In this document: positions 13,771 through 60,885 of the stretch, piece after piece | Layout: the number at the start of each line of letters is the position of its first letter | Position numbering within the stretch: position 1 is the first letter of the stretch | From: the human T2T-CHM13v2.0 reference genome, Homo sapiens | Direction: 5' to 3' (one strand) | NCBI RefSeq assembly: GCF_009914755.1 | Contig: NC_060946.1 | DNA: 64,000 nt | Notes under the pieces: generated by a model | What the model was told of the DNA's origin: nothing | Seen by the model: only the letters and a program-made list of their open reading frames with translations | Database searches by the model: none | Program-made: the position numbers and the translations under genes

Positions 13771-14545
13771 TACTGGCAAAGGGATCTGCCCCAGGGCCAC
13801 GATGACACTAGTGTGATCAGAGGAGAACTAGAAAATAGCCAGGCTACATGACTGTAAAACAATAGACAGAGACCAGCAGACAGCAGGGCATAACAAATCC
13901 TCAGCAATCCTCATATTCCTTCCCCATGCGTCCCCTCTATTCTGGTGAAGGAGGTCCTGATAGTCCCATGGATGCTTACCTCAAAAAGGCAGGATCAAGC
14001 TAGCTTCCATGGTTAAGGTGAAGATTGACCTCTCGGTGCCCACTTGTCTGAGGTGACATGCTAGGTGAGGTGTGCCGGGACAGTGGTACCTTAGATGGGA
14101 AGGCCCCAGTAATGCCACTGCCTGGCATTCCAGTGGTAAGGAGGTGTGGGGGAGGCATCAGAAGGACCTGGCTTAGGTGCTGTATCTACCACCAGTCAGC
14201 CGTGTGGCCTTGTCACCTCCTTGAGCCTCCGTTTCCTTATCTGAAAGAATGTTGCAGTAGTAAGGGAACCTACCTCCAAGGTCTGGCGTGAGGATATAAA
14301 GTGCTCAGCCTAGGACTCATCATTTCCAGTGACTGTCATCATGGTGGCTTCCAGTGGCCTTCCAGTGGTCCCCACTCCCCGTTCTGCCTGCTCCAGACGA
14401 CACCCTGATAGTCCCCACATTGTACTTTTATTTGTGAAGACCATTTATCTGGAATGCCTCTTTAGCTCTCTCTTCATCCTTCAAGGTTTGTCTCAATGCC
14501 ATTTCCTACACAGCATTTTCTTTTTTTGTTCTTTGGTTTTTTTGA

Positions 14546-14914
<369 letters not shown>

Positions 14915-15003
14915 TGAACTTGGATTACTTGTGGTTCCATTCTGCCTTGCATAGTAGCTGTTTGAGTATCTGTCCTGGCTCCTGATTAGATTGTACACTC
15001 TTT

Positions 15004-15345
15004 TATTGGGGTGATCAGACCCAACACCAGGTCCTGGGGGCGACAAAGTCTGGCGGAGTCAAAGGAATGAGAAAAAAACAGTTTGAAAGAGAAAGTGGGA
15101 ACAGAGGGTCATGGCGAGTGTGGAGGCTGCGAAGGCCCCGAGCTCTGGGAGCACGCGCTATTTATTGGTGCTCAAACAAAGAAACAGGTGGTGAGGATGT
15201 GGGGGTTGAAACAGTGTATCGAGTGAATGAGAAACATATGGCTGCTTGAGATAATGGGAGTGCCAGAAGCAAGGGGCTGGCAAGTCTAGCAGACATGCAA
15301 GCCCTGCCTCACCTGCTCTCCCAACACTCAGTGCTTCTCCCAACA
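15004..15345 (-). mobile_element. 3' LTR (LTR14A-like)
   Basis: About 90% identical to 19153-19500 by eye; preceded by PPT AAAAAAGAGAAGGGGGAGGCA (15366-15346). Confidence 0.9.
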
Positions 15346-16053
15346 TGCCTCCCCCTTCTCTTTTTTGTAAAAACCGCCACAGCTATCATTATTACTAGCA
15401 TAAGGTGGCCTCTTTTTAAAATTGAGCAAGGCAATTGCAGGCTGTGTAGCGCTTAATTGCCGGTTGGTGATCCAGCTTCATTTTTCTTAGCCCTTATTCA
15501 AAATGGAGTCGCCCTGGTTTGAATGCTTCCTACGTATCTCCCCTTTCTCTTTTACAAGAGGACCCTTAATCCTAGGGGTTGCAGAAGGATGAAGGTCCGT
15601 CTTCTGTAACTTCTTCATGCTGAATAGGGGCAATGATACTCCTGCCTACCTATTAGGGTCTCTTGTATTCAGGGTAGAGAGGAGTTCAGTCAGAAAGCAT
15701 TGGTCCATTAAGCATCTACAGGTAAAACCTTGGCACTCCAGCAGTTTCTCAGCAAGGCTCGTACTGGGGGAACCCAGTCCATGGTTGTACACATCTTGAG
15801 GGCACCTACACGGTTTGTTCATCTCCTGCAAAAACACAAGCATACCCTCACCCCCACGTTAGTAAATCTACTGAAACAGAAGCAAAAACTTCTGTGGCTG
15901 TAGCCTCGAGGCATGCCATTGCGGAAGCATTTGTAACTCAGCTTCGGCCTCTTTGGTTAATTACCACGTGGTGGAACTTACCATTGATAAGGAGAAGCAA
16001 GCCCCTTACAACAGAAGGCACAGACGAAGCAAATCCAGACTTAAAAGCAATCC

Positions 16054-16560
16054 TTAAACCTTCAATTTGCACTGTACAGGTGGGTCCACTAGATGCTGTG
16101 GTTCATGATAGATCTTCAGATGTTTGGTGGGCACCCACACAGGCACCTGATTGTCACCTGGAGAGACACAAGCAAATCCTCTTCCCCATAAAATTATCTT
16201 TCCTTTTCCCAGCGCTTTGTGCATCCCTCCACCACATATCTTGTCCAACCTTTTTATTTGCCTTTTGTCTTGTCAGGTGTTGTTCAGCTGCAGTCATGGG
16301 TTGAATCACAGCATTAACAGCCCTTAAATCTGTTAACATTCTCCATTTCCCTGATTTTTTCTTAATGACAAATACAGGATAATTCCAAGGGGAGAAAGTA
16401 GGCTCTATATGTCCCTTTTGCAAATGTTCCTGCACCAGTTCTTTTAAAGCCTCCAGTTTTTCCTGTTTCAGTGGCCATTGCTCCACCCAAACCAGTTTGG
16501 CCGTTAGCCAAACAAGAGGAATGGGAGCCGGAGCCTCAACAATGGCCGCTCCTAAAAATG
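16054..16560 (-). pseudogene. HERV-K pol remnant: RT N-terminus fused to integrase C-terminus
   Basis: WVEQWPL...[33 protein letters not shown] runs directly into TAAEQHL...WWRD...[11 protein letters not shown]...WVPTKHLK. Confidence 0.88.
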
Positions 16561-17389
16561 ACACCCCAATCCGGTCCAATCTGTTTGCCTTTTTAATTCT
16601 AAAGGTTCTGGTTGGCCATTTTTATCTTTTCCTAGTCCTTTTCCTGGGCAACATCCCATATTTCTCATCATTTGTCCTCTATTATTACTATATTGATCCA
16701 TAGGAATAGATATTTCAGCATCCCATTGTTGCAATAAGTCTCTACCCCATAAATTGACAGGAATAGGTGTAAATGATAGGCTGAAATGTCCCTTCCTGAC
16801 CATCTGGCCCTTGACATGGTAAAATCAAAGAACTTTGAAAAACTTCTGAGGCAGCTCCTACTCCAGCAATACCAATGGATGCCTTTTGCTTAGGCCAGTG
16901 CTGGGGCCATTGATTTATAGCAATAATAGAGACATCAGCTCCAGTTATCTACTAGTCCTTCAAAATCTTTTCCCTGAATAGTTACTGTGCAAATAGGTCT
17001 TTTGTCAGACACTTGATTAACCCAATACACAGCCTTTCCTGGTGGATTAGTATTACCAAAGCCTCCTGTTCTTTTCACTGTACTCTTCCTAGTTTTATGT
17101 AAGGTAACAGCAACAATTGAGCAATCATTTTTCCTGGGGAGGCAGACCACGGAGTCGAGGAACTAATAACTAATTTAATTTCTCCAGTATAATCAGAGTC
17201 GATTATTCCCATATGTACAGTAACACCTTTTAAATTCAGACTAGACCTTTCAAATAATAGACCTACTGTTCCTGAGGGTAAGGGTCCCCTAACTCCCGTG
17301 GGGACCTTTGGTGGCTCCCCAGGAAGTAAGGAGATGGGAATTGTGCTGTAGACATCTATGGCAGCACTGCCTGCTGAGGCGGGGGACAA
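16552..17389 (-). pseudogene. HERV-K pro remnant (dUTPase-protease-G-patch)
   Basis: AGSAAID and GIIDSDYTGEIK (dUTPase); FEGLVD and VNLWGRDLLQQW (protease); GKGLGK (G-patch). Confidence 0.9.
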
Positions 17390-18996
17390 CTGTTGTACGT
17401 TTGTAAGGGTACTGGCTGTGCCGGGTATGCCTTGGTTTGTTGAGGGGCTCGAGGCGGGCCCCTCTTCCCATTTCCCGAAAGAGGTTGTCCATCTTTGCTA
17501 AATTTATAATGACACTGACTTTCCCAGTGATTGCCTTTCTTACACCGGGGACATACACCGGGACTTTTCTGTTGATTGATGGTAGTTTTTGCCTTTTGAT
17601 TTCCTTTTCTACATTCCTTTCTTGTGTGTCTAAATTGCCCACAATTAAAGCAAGATCCTGAGAAATGGGGCATATTCTTTCCTACTCTTAAACCAGCCAT
17701 AGTCTGATCTAAAAGAGTAGCCTTATATAAGTTACCTCCAATGCCATCGTAAGCCTTAATATATTCAGCTAAATAAGCCTTCCCTCTCAGGGGTCAAATA
17801 GCAGTTTGACACTCTGCATTAGCAGTATCGTATGCACGAAGCTGTGTTACAACATCCTGTGCTGTTTTATCAGTTATGGCTTTATACACAGCCTCTTGGA
17901 GTCAAGCAATAATATCAATATATGGTTCTTTGGGTCCTTGTCAGACAGAACTGAAAGAGGGATATTTTTCCCTTGTAACATTTATCCTTTCTCATGCCTG
18001 TAAGCACACAAAGTGCAGCTAAACAATGGCAACATCCTTCATTACTGCTTGATTTTCTAATCGACCCCAGTTGGGGCCAACTCCCATTAACCGTTCAAAG
18101 GAAACAGGCACAGGTGGCTGCACTTGTGTGTTTTCCCTTGCCTGAGTTTGAGCTTCATCAGTCCACCAAGTTTTAAACTGTAAATACTGAGACGGAGTGA
18201 GAACAGATTTTGTCAACGTATCCCAATCATATGGTATTAATTTATTATCAGAGCCATATTTTTAAAGTTTGCACAAAAGGAGGGTTCGGTCCGTATTGAC
18301 TAATGGCGTCCTTCAATTCCTTTAGTAACTTAAAAGGAAAAGTAGCCCAATTAGCTATATTAGCCCTGCCTCCCTACTGGATTATAGTAACGGGAAATTG
18401 CCATGCTTCAAGGTCTCCCTCAGCTCTAGCTTTTTGAATAGAATTTTGTATAGCACCACCAATTGCTCCAGTTTTAATGTTGCAACTACAGAAGCAGTAA
18501 GTTTTTCGGCTAATTTATTTTCTTGCCCATTAAAGGGAGAGAGAGGAGGTGGCCATTCACTTAATTCAGCAGGTGGAGCCGACAGGCTAGTAAAACATAC
18601 TTTTTTCAGTTTTCCTTTCTTTCATCTCCTCCGGTAGCTGTTCCTCACACTCAGAATCTGAAGTTAGTTTTTTACACTTGTCCTCCTCTTCCTCATCTGA
18701 ATCTGCCTCATGATCTGTTTGAAATGGCTTAAGAGCTGCCTTTATTAGCACCCACATTGACCAAACGGAAACTAGAACTTCTGCTCCCTCTTTATATGCC
18801 TTTTTAAAGTCTCCCCCAGTTCTCTCCCATTTATTCAACTCCATAGTCCCTTGTTCAGGAAACCATGGGCAAAACTGCTTTACTGTACTAAAGAGTGATT
18901 AACAAATTGTGAGTACTAACTTTCATGCCCCCCTCTTTGTAATAAATGCTTTAAGAAATCTAAATAAGCAGAATGTCTGCTTTCACTTTGTCCCAT
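17356..18996 (-). pseudogene. HERV-K gag remnant (frameshifted)
   Basis: MGQSESRHSAYL myristoylation-type start at 18996; matrix CPWFPEQGT; two zinc knuckles CFNCGQFRHTRKEC and CPRCKKGNHWESQC. Confidence 0.9.
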
Positions 18997-19129
18997 TGTT
19001 ACCCTGGTTCTTCCCAGTGCTCAGCTTTCCTGCCGAGCTTCTTTTAGACGTTCGACGTTCTTGGGTGTCCTGTGACAATGTGTCCTCCGCTTTCACATGC
19101 TCTAGTGTTCCTTCACCGGGGTCTTTGTC

Positions 19130-19148
19130 GCCCCACGTTGGGCAGCCA
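19130..19148 (-). promoter_or_regulatory. Primer-binding site for tRNA-Lys(CUU)
   Basis: TGGCTGCCCAACGTGGGGC versus canonical TGGCGCCCAACGTGGGGC (one extra T). Confidence 0.85.
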
Positions 19149-19152
19149 GGAA

Positions 19153-19500
19153 TGTTGGGGTGATCAGACCCAACACCAGGTTGTGGGGACGACGAAGTCT
19201 GGTGGAGTCAAAGGAATGAAAAAAAAGACAGTTTGAGAGAGAAAGTGGGACCAGGGGTCATGGCGAGTGTGGAAGCTGCAAAGGCCCTGGAGCTCTGGAA
19301 GCCCACGCTATTTATTGATGCTCAAACAAAGAAACAGTTGGTGAGGATGTGGGAGTTGAAAGGAAACAGTGTATCAAGTGAATGAGAAACATATAGCTGC
19401 TTGAGATAATGGGAGTGCTAGAAGCAAGGAGCCAGCAATTCTAGCAGACATGCAACCCCTGCCTCAGCTTCTCTCCCAACACTCAGCTTTTCTCCCAACA
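19153..19500 (-). mobile_element. 5' LTR (LTR14A-like)
   Basis: TGTTGGG...CCCCAACA termini; AATAAA at 19316-19311; followed by the PBS. Confidence 0.9.
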
Positions 19501-19612
19501 CTGTTTGAAGGCAGGGACCAAGGATCCTCCAAGATTCAGTTCAGGCCTCTTTTCTTCTTTGATGCCAACAGCTGGCCCCAGTAGAAAAGGCCATTCTTTC
19601 CTGTGCTTCTGA

Positions 19613-26795
<7,183 letters not shown>

Positions 26796-27056
26796 CACTT
26801 ACACAAACCTACATGGGATAGACTACTACACTCCTAAGGTATATGATGTAACCTATTGCTCCTAGGCTACAAACCTGTACGGAATGTTACTGTAATGAAT
26901 ACTGTAGGCAAATGTAATACAAAGGTAGGCATTTGTGTATCTAAACATATCTATAGATGGAAAAGGTGCAGTAAAAATACAGTATTATAATCTTATGAGA
27001 CCACTGTCGAATATTTGGTCTGTGGTTGACTGAAATGTCATGTGTATGTGACGGTA
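26796..27056 (+). mobile_element. Tigger3/MER7 (Golem) fragment
   Basis: cttacacaaacct...cctattgctcctaggctacaaacctgtac...tcttatgagaccactgtc matches recalled consensus. Confidence 0.75.
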
Positions 27057-27094
27057 CATAGACTGGGAGACTATTATGGTATACTCTAGACTGA

Positions 27095-28360
<1,266 letters not shown>

Positions 28361-28419
28361 TCAGTGTTTCCTAAAACATGATCTGTGTTCCATATTCCCC
28401 AATTGTCCCCAAGATGTAT

Positions 28420-33575
<5,156 letters not shown>

Positions 33576-33789
33576 CGGAAAAAAAAATTCGCTGATGTTT
33601 TAACCATTCTGGGGTCACAGCCTCCTTTGTTATGGACCTACTCTGGAAAAATGCACAGACAGGTAAACCTCCACAACTACTGCGGAAGCCTCACAGACTG
33701 CCAGCCTACCCAGGGATCCCGGGAGGTCCAAGTTCAGAATCCCACTTTGAGATGTTTCTTGTACTAAAACGCTTGGTTTACAAAAAGTC

Positions 33790-35320
33790 TTCCCCTATTT
33801 GTTTAGAGAACCCGAACGATGTCGTCACTGGCAGCGAAGCGCCTTGGCATGAACCGTAGGCCAGCTGGCTCAGGAGGTGGAGGCGGTGAGGCGGCCACTT
33901 GGGGCCACCGCTTCTGGCGGCCGCAGGAGCGACCCACAGACAGGTAATGGCTGCCATGGGGGGCGGGGCGTCGTCTTTAGCCTTTAGCGCCCCTGTGCTT
34001 CGTGCGCATTTCGTGGCCTCTGGGTGCCGTACCTGCTTCCCACCCGGCTTTCCTGGGTGGCAGAGAGCGAACCCACCCCAGCCTGGGTTGGGGGAGGGGG
34101 CGTCGGCGCAGGGTCCCGTGGGCAGAGCTGCGCTGGGAGCTGGCGGGCTCCGCATTCATCATTGTTCCTCCAGCGCCTGGCACGGGCTGGGCCGCAGCAG
34201 AGACCGTGGCCTGAAGCGCGCCATCCCCTCCGCGTTGCCCGCCCGCCGAGCTCTCCGCCCACAGGTGTTGCCAGGGCTCCTTCCACCGGCCGGACCGAGG
34301 GAGGACCCAGGGGCCAAACCTGGCCCGCGGCTGGCCGAGAGCACAACAGCCGGCGGGCGCTGGCGGGCGCGGGGCGCACGGGGCCGCGGAGGGACCCGCG
34401 CGCGCCCCCGCCTCGCGCCGCGCGCACGTGACTGCGCCCCCGGCCCCGCCCCCGGCCTGCCCCCCGCCCCCACTGGCCGCTCGGCCGCGCGCGGGTCGGC
34501 CGGCTCTATGGGGAAAGCGGCGGCTCCGAGCCGAGGCGGCGGCTGTGGCGGCCGCTCCCGCGGGCTCTCGTCGCTGTTCACGGTTGTCCCCTGCCTGTCG
34601 TGCCACACGGCGGCGCCGGGCATGAGCGCTTCCACGTCCGGCTCCGGGCCGGAGCCCAAGCCCCAGCCCCAGCCCGTGCCCGAACCGGAGCGGGGACCGC
34701 TGTCAGAACAGGTGTCGGAGGCAGTTTCGGAGGCAGTGCCAAGATCGGAACCTGTGTCCGAGACGACGTCTGAGCCGGAGCCAGGGGCTGGGCAGCCATC
34801 GGAACTGCTGCAGGGGTCGCGGCCGGGGTCAGAGTCAAGCTCAGGTGTAGGGGCTGGGCCCTTCACTAAGGCCGCATCGGAGCCGCTCTCCCGGGCGGTG
34901 GGGAGCGCGACCTTTCTCAGACCCGAGTCAGGATCGCTGCCAGCGTTAAAGCCCCTGCCTCTTCTGCGACCAGGACAGGCGAAGACTCCTCTTGGGGTTC
35001 CAATGTCGGGGACTGGCACGACCTCCAGTGCCCCACTGGCCTTACTGCCTCTGGACAGCTTCGAGGGCTGGCTTCTCAAGTGGACCAACTATCTGAAGGG
35101 CTACCAGCGCCGCTGGTTCGTGCTGGGCAATGGTTTGCTCTCTTACTACAGGTATGGAAGCGCCAGGGTGGGACATGGGGGTTGGAGGGTGGTGATGCTG
35201 CAGGGATGGTGATGGAGGGCCTCCATGGTTGGCGGACACTGCCACTAGTCTAGAGATGTTTAGGGGCATGCATTCCAGCAGGCCAAGTCACGCTTCTGGC
35301 CCGCCGCCAAGGGCCGGGGG
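33790..35320. promoter_or_regulatory. OSBP2: OSBP2 CpG-island promoter
   Basis: Very high CpG/GC content; E-box CACGTGAC 34425-34432; GC boxes 34441-34470. Confidence 0.9.
34508..35151 (+). CDS. OSBP2: Oxysterol-binding protein 2 (ORP4L), coding exon 1; gene continues beyond the window
   Basis: MGKAAAPSRGGGCGGRSRGLSSLFTVVPCLSCH... then PH-domain start EGWLLKWTNYLKGYQRRWFVLGNGLLSYY-R; donor CAG|GTATGG at 35151/35152 (phase 2). Confidence 0.96.
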
Positions 35321-35948
35321 CCCTGACCTCTGGCAAGGGTGAATGTGATCTGCGGACATGACCTCTGGCAAGCTTGGGTTTTTGGGCAAGTGGGGAGGTG
35401 GAGTAAGGGAGTGATCTGGGGCCTCAGTTCCCTTCTGCTTGGCAGTTGTGGGGCTTGGGGCAGCTAGCTAGAGTCAGCCCCTCAAAGTCCTTGCCCTTTC
35501 TGGTTCGGGAGCTAACATCATTGTGTGTTTGGGATTGAGGGAGACAGTCACCTTGTTCAGTCCTTAGGACCCACACTCTTAGGAAGGGCTGCTTATTCTT
35601 CCCGCCTGGGGCAGTTACTCCCACCTTTCCTGATGCCTCTGGTTGCCAGGCCTTGGGCTGGGCACCACAGACTCACAGATGTATTGGACACGGTTCTTGG
35701 CCTTCAGGAGTCCATCTTGGCATTTTGCGGAGAGCTAGGAAGTGTTTTGCTGCCCTCCTTTCTTATTCCAGACCCAGCACGGGATTCAAAATTAAAGTCC
35801 AGTGGTGAGAGAGCTAACACTGTCTTCCCACTGAAACTGGTTGAAAGGAGGTTACTGAAGCCTCCCTTTGCTTTCTTACTGGCTCTTCCCTGGGTCTGCT
35901 TCCTGGGGATGGTTGGTTTAAGCCTTGAGAACTCAGATCAGTCTATGC

Positions 35949-36136
35949 CAGTGGTTCTCAAACCTGAGTGTGCATCAGCATTCCCTGAAGAGCTTGTTGG
36001 AACACAAAGTGCTGGGCCTCCCCAATGAATTTCTGTTACAGTGGGCCTAGGGGAAGGGCCTGAGATTCGGATTTTCTAATAACTTCCCAGGCGTGGCTGG
36101 TGATGCTGGTCCAGGACCACACTCTGAGAAGCACTG
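35949..36136. mobile_element. MER5A-like hAT MITE
   Basis: Inverted ends cagtggttctcaaa ... tctgagaagcactg. Confidence 0.8.
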
Positions 36137-36179
36137 TTTCATTGCTGCACACAAAAGGACCTTGACTTGCTGTTGCTGA

Positions 36180-43375
<7,196 letters not shown>

Positions 43376-43709
43376 GCCTTATAGCTTTTAAAGCTACTTT
43401 TCTGTGTATCTGATGGCTTGCCTTGCACTGTTGGAAGCCAGCTATTGATCAAAGAAGGGGCCTCTACCCTAAAATGTTAGATCCAACTGGATAATACAAC
43501 CTTTTGTCTGTGGGGTATTCTGCAAGTGTCAGAGTGACTTCCAGTTTATGCTTTCAGTGCAGGAGTGCTGATCTTGCCATCCTGTTACATGGGGAAAAAA
43601 CTGGAAGCACATGAACAGCACGAGGATTCAATCACAGTCTTCTGACTCAGCCCACGCAAAGGTGTCCACCCACCTCACACTGGGGAGACTCTTCTGTGGG
43701 GTCCTGGGT

Positions 43710-44537
43710 TGGAGGTCTCCGAAAGTAACCCCAGGCTCAATGACCCACTAGGAGGACTCACAGGACTCAGCATATATTAATGGCAAAAACTGTGATTACC
43801 TTTGTACCAACCTAATAGTTGTACCCACAGCTATACTTTATTACAATGAAAGGATGCAAAGAAAGCACGATGGCAAAGAAACAGAGTGAAGTCTGGGGAA
43901 AAACAGCTGCAAGCTTCCAAGGGTCCTCTCCCAGTGGAGTCACACAAGATGCGCTTAATCCCTCCACCACCGAGTTGTGACAACGCACGTGAAATGCTGC
44001 CAACCAGGGAAGATCCTTAGAGACTCAGAGCCCAGGGTTTTTACTGGGAGTTCGTCATGTGGGCACCTTCTGTTTGGCACGTACCCAAATTCCAGATTCC
44101 CAGAAGGAAAGCAGATTTTTTTTTTTTTTTTTGAGACAGAGTCTTGCTGTGTCGCCCAGGCTGGAGTGAAGTGGTGCAGTCTCAGTTCACTGCAACCTCT
44201 GCCTCCTGGGTTCAAGATATTTTTGGCTAATTTTTGTATTTTTAATAGAGATGGAGTTTCACCATGTTGGCCAGGCTGGTCTCGAACTCCTGACCTCAGG
44301 TGATCTCAGCCTCCCAAAGTGCTGGTATTACAGGTGTGAGCTGGAAAGCAGATATTTGCCATAAATCACATCGTTTGTACAAACAGTATAGGCACAGTGA
44401 GCCACCCTTATCAGTTAGGGAATGGTAGGAAACCTCCCCAAATTCAAGCTACCAGACACTAGCCAAAGGCCCCTTGGAAGCAGGCCTGTCAAAGGACGGG
44501 CAGTCTCAGGCCTGCTGTGTGAACTCTTTTCTGCACA
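43710..44537 (-). mobile_element. MER21-like solo LTR containing an internally deleted Alu (44116-44341)
   Basis: Ends ...caggcctgctgtgtgaactcttttctgcaca; ggactcacaggactcagcatata motif; Alu TSD GGAAAGCAGAT. Confidence 0.7.
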
Positions 44538-44789
44538 GGTGTGAACTCATTCCTCCTTGCAGACATCAGTGACATCAGTCAGAGTAAGGGCTGGTTCAAG
44601 GAGAGTGAGTGCCCATACTTGGCTTTGAGTGATGGAGTGGCCTCTTGTCTCTGATCAGAGAAAGCCACATGCCAGTCTTGCAGGGTGTCAAACACATAGC
44701 ATGTCTGCTGCTCTGTGTGCTGAGTGCCTGCTCTGTGGCTCTCCTGGCCCTGTGATTGGCGGTTGATTGCATCACAGACACTTGTCTGA

Positions 44790-53365
<8,576 letters not shown>

Positions 53366-53369
53366 TAAA

Positions 53370-57015
<3,646 letters not shown>

Positions 57016-59070
57016 GGGAAAAAATCAAGGCCTTTTGAAAAACACCTACACTAAGGGGAAATGACACATGTTTTACTGTCCAGCTGCAGCTGTGCCATCC
57101 AGGACCAGATGGGAAGTTACATCCAGGAAAGTGGACCTCTAGAGTCCCTTCTCACATCTCTAGGCTTTGCTCACTAGCTATAAAGCCCTGTACTTACAAA
57201 AAGAATGATTGCCATAGCCTGTAAGAAAGCAGATGGAAGTCAAAAGCAGATCCTTAGGTTGATGACAAAGATTGCTGGTTGAGACTCTTATTTTGACACT
57301 TAGAGTCTCCTTATTCATCTTCTATTCATCTCAAATATGTGCCAACATGACTCCCCCTCAGGACTGGCCTCATCTCTGCCTCTCCAGCATCATCATCTCC
57401 TGCTGATCCCTTGCTCTACTCTGACACCTCAGTGACAATGGGTTGTGTGTGCATTCTGACAGGCGAGGGTGGGCGGGAGTTAGAATCGAGTCCTCAGCTC
57501 ACCTGTCCTCCTGGATCAAGCAACTTCAAAACACATTGCCCAGTGGTGATTTAAACTCTGAGGTTAAAGCAGCAGTGGTTTTCTCTTGCTTGAGGGTCCG
57601 CAGATGACCAGGCCAGGTCTCCTTCAGGCAGTGGCACTTGGGAGTAAGCTAGGAGGTGTGTCTTCCTGTTGTGATGGCAGAAGTACAGGAGGGTAAGCGA
57701 GAGTCACAGCATCCCAGCTTGAGCCTGCACACCCTCACTCCATTCCACATTCCATTGGCTGAATCAAGGCATGTGGCCCTGTCCAATATCAGTAGGGTGG
57801 GAAGATATCCATTCCCCATTTTAGAGGATCCTACAAAGTCCAGTGGCAAAAGTTGTGCACTTAAAATTGTAGTTCAGGGATGGCAGAAAGAAACAGGAGA
57901 AATGCTTCAGTCTGTCACAGCCTCTAACCTCCCTTCTAACGATCACATCCTTTAGCCTCTTTATCTATAGAGTGAGAGGACTAGGCTAGGTGATGTCTGG
58001 GGTTCTTTCTATCCTTACCTTTCTGAAAATTTGATGGGAAACCATCTGGAAGGAGGAGGAGGAGAGATGAGATATAAAAGATGACCTGTATGCTTGGCAC
58101 TGGGCTTGGCACATCAAAGGACTCGGGAAATGTCTGTTGACTTAATGGCTTGGAGATCTGAGTCCAGGAGGCCAGGAATCTGGTGACTGACCTGGTAGGG
58201 AAAGAATGGGGGATGCTTTAGCTGGGCCTCAGGTGTTCACTGGCCTTCCTGCCCCTGGGGCCACAGGCCCTGGGCACTGCTGTTGGAGTTGCAACTTTAC
58301 AACTTCGGAGTTGCAGTGACAACATCCGGGTGCTTGTCTCCCCCTTTTTTTTCCCCCTGCCAGTACTAACAGATTTGTTGCAGAAATGGCCTGGGCCCTT
58401 GCTCCTGAGCCCTGGGGCAGCATGGGAACAGGGCTGATGGTGTGTTCTGGTTCTCAGACTTGGGAGCCTTGCGGGCAGACTGAGTGGGGACTTTTTGCTG
58501 AGTTGTTCATGCACTGTGACAAGAAAGGCACCTTCTTTGAATTTTTTATTTTCAGAAAATAAAATTATTTTGCTAGATACAGGCATGGAAGCAATTTTCT
58601 TCTTTTGAATCCTGCAGTTCTTCTGAGTTTGAATTTATCTGTCAGCTTACTGAGCCTTTGCCTTCTAGAGACGGGATTAGAGTGTTCTTAACCTTGAGCT
58701 GATTCCCGCTGTGCCTTCTCTCCAGCCTGTACTTACCTGAGTGCCTCGCAGTCCTCTCAACATTATCCCTGGCTTCAGGCTGCTGCCCTCCTCACTCCCC
58801 TTCTCTTTCAGCCTTAGTTTGTGCTCGGTGGCAGTGTGTGTCATTATGTGTGCATGTGCAGCTGTGTGGCAGGACCAGTAGCTCATGTTTTGTCTGTTCC
58901 CTCCCAGAAGTCCCAGCCCACAGTAAATCAGTGTTCAGTAACTGATAGCCAGCCACACACTGCAGAGATGTGCCATGAATGGGAAGCTGATTAGATTTTC
59001 CAGGGCCCTGGAAAAGTTGCCTGGTGTGGTGGCAGAAGAATCTCTAGGTAAGGAACTTAAAAGTCACCAA

Positions 59071-60885
<1,815 letters not shown>

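Larger units (their letters stand above)
15004..19500 (-). mobile_element. Deleted betaretrovirus-like HERV-K provirus (probably HML-1 / HERV-K14)
   Basis: Two LTRs of about 345 bp, 6-bp TSD CTCTTT (14998-15003) / CTGTTT (19501-19506), tRNA-Lys PBS, polypurine tract, and gag, dUTPase-pro and pol remnants. Family assigned from recalled LTR14A size and sequence. Confidence 0.93.

Noticed and set aside
34159-35088. 309-aa and 209-aa antisense ORFs over OSBP2 exon 1
   Set aside because: Shadow ORFs of a GC-rich coding exon and CpG island, with no recognisable domain.
35152-35212. C-terminal tail of the 437-aa ORF (YGSARVGHGG...)
   Set aside because: Read-through into intron 1 past the CAG|GTATGG donor.
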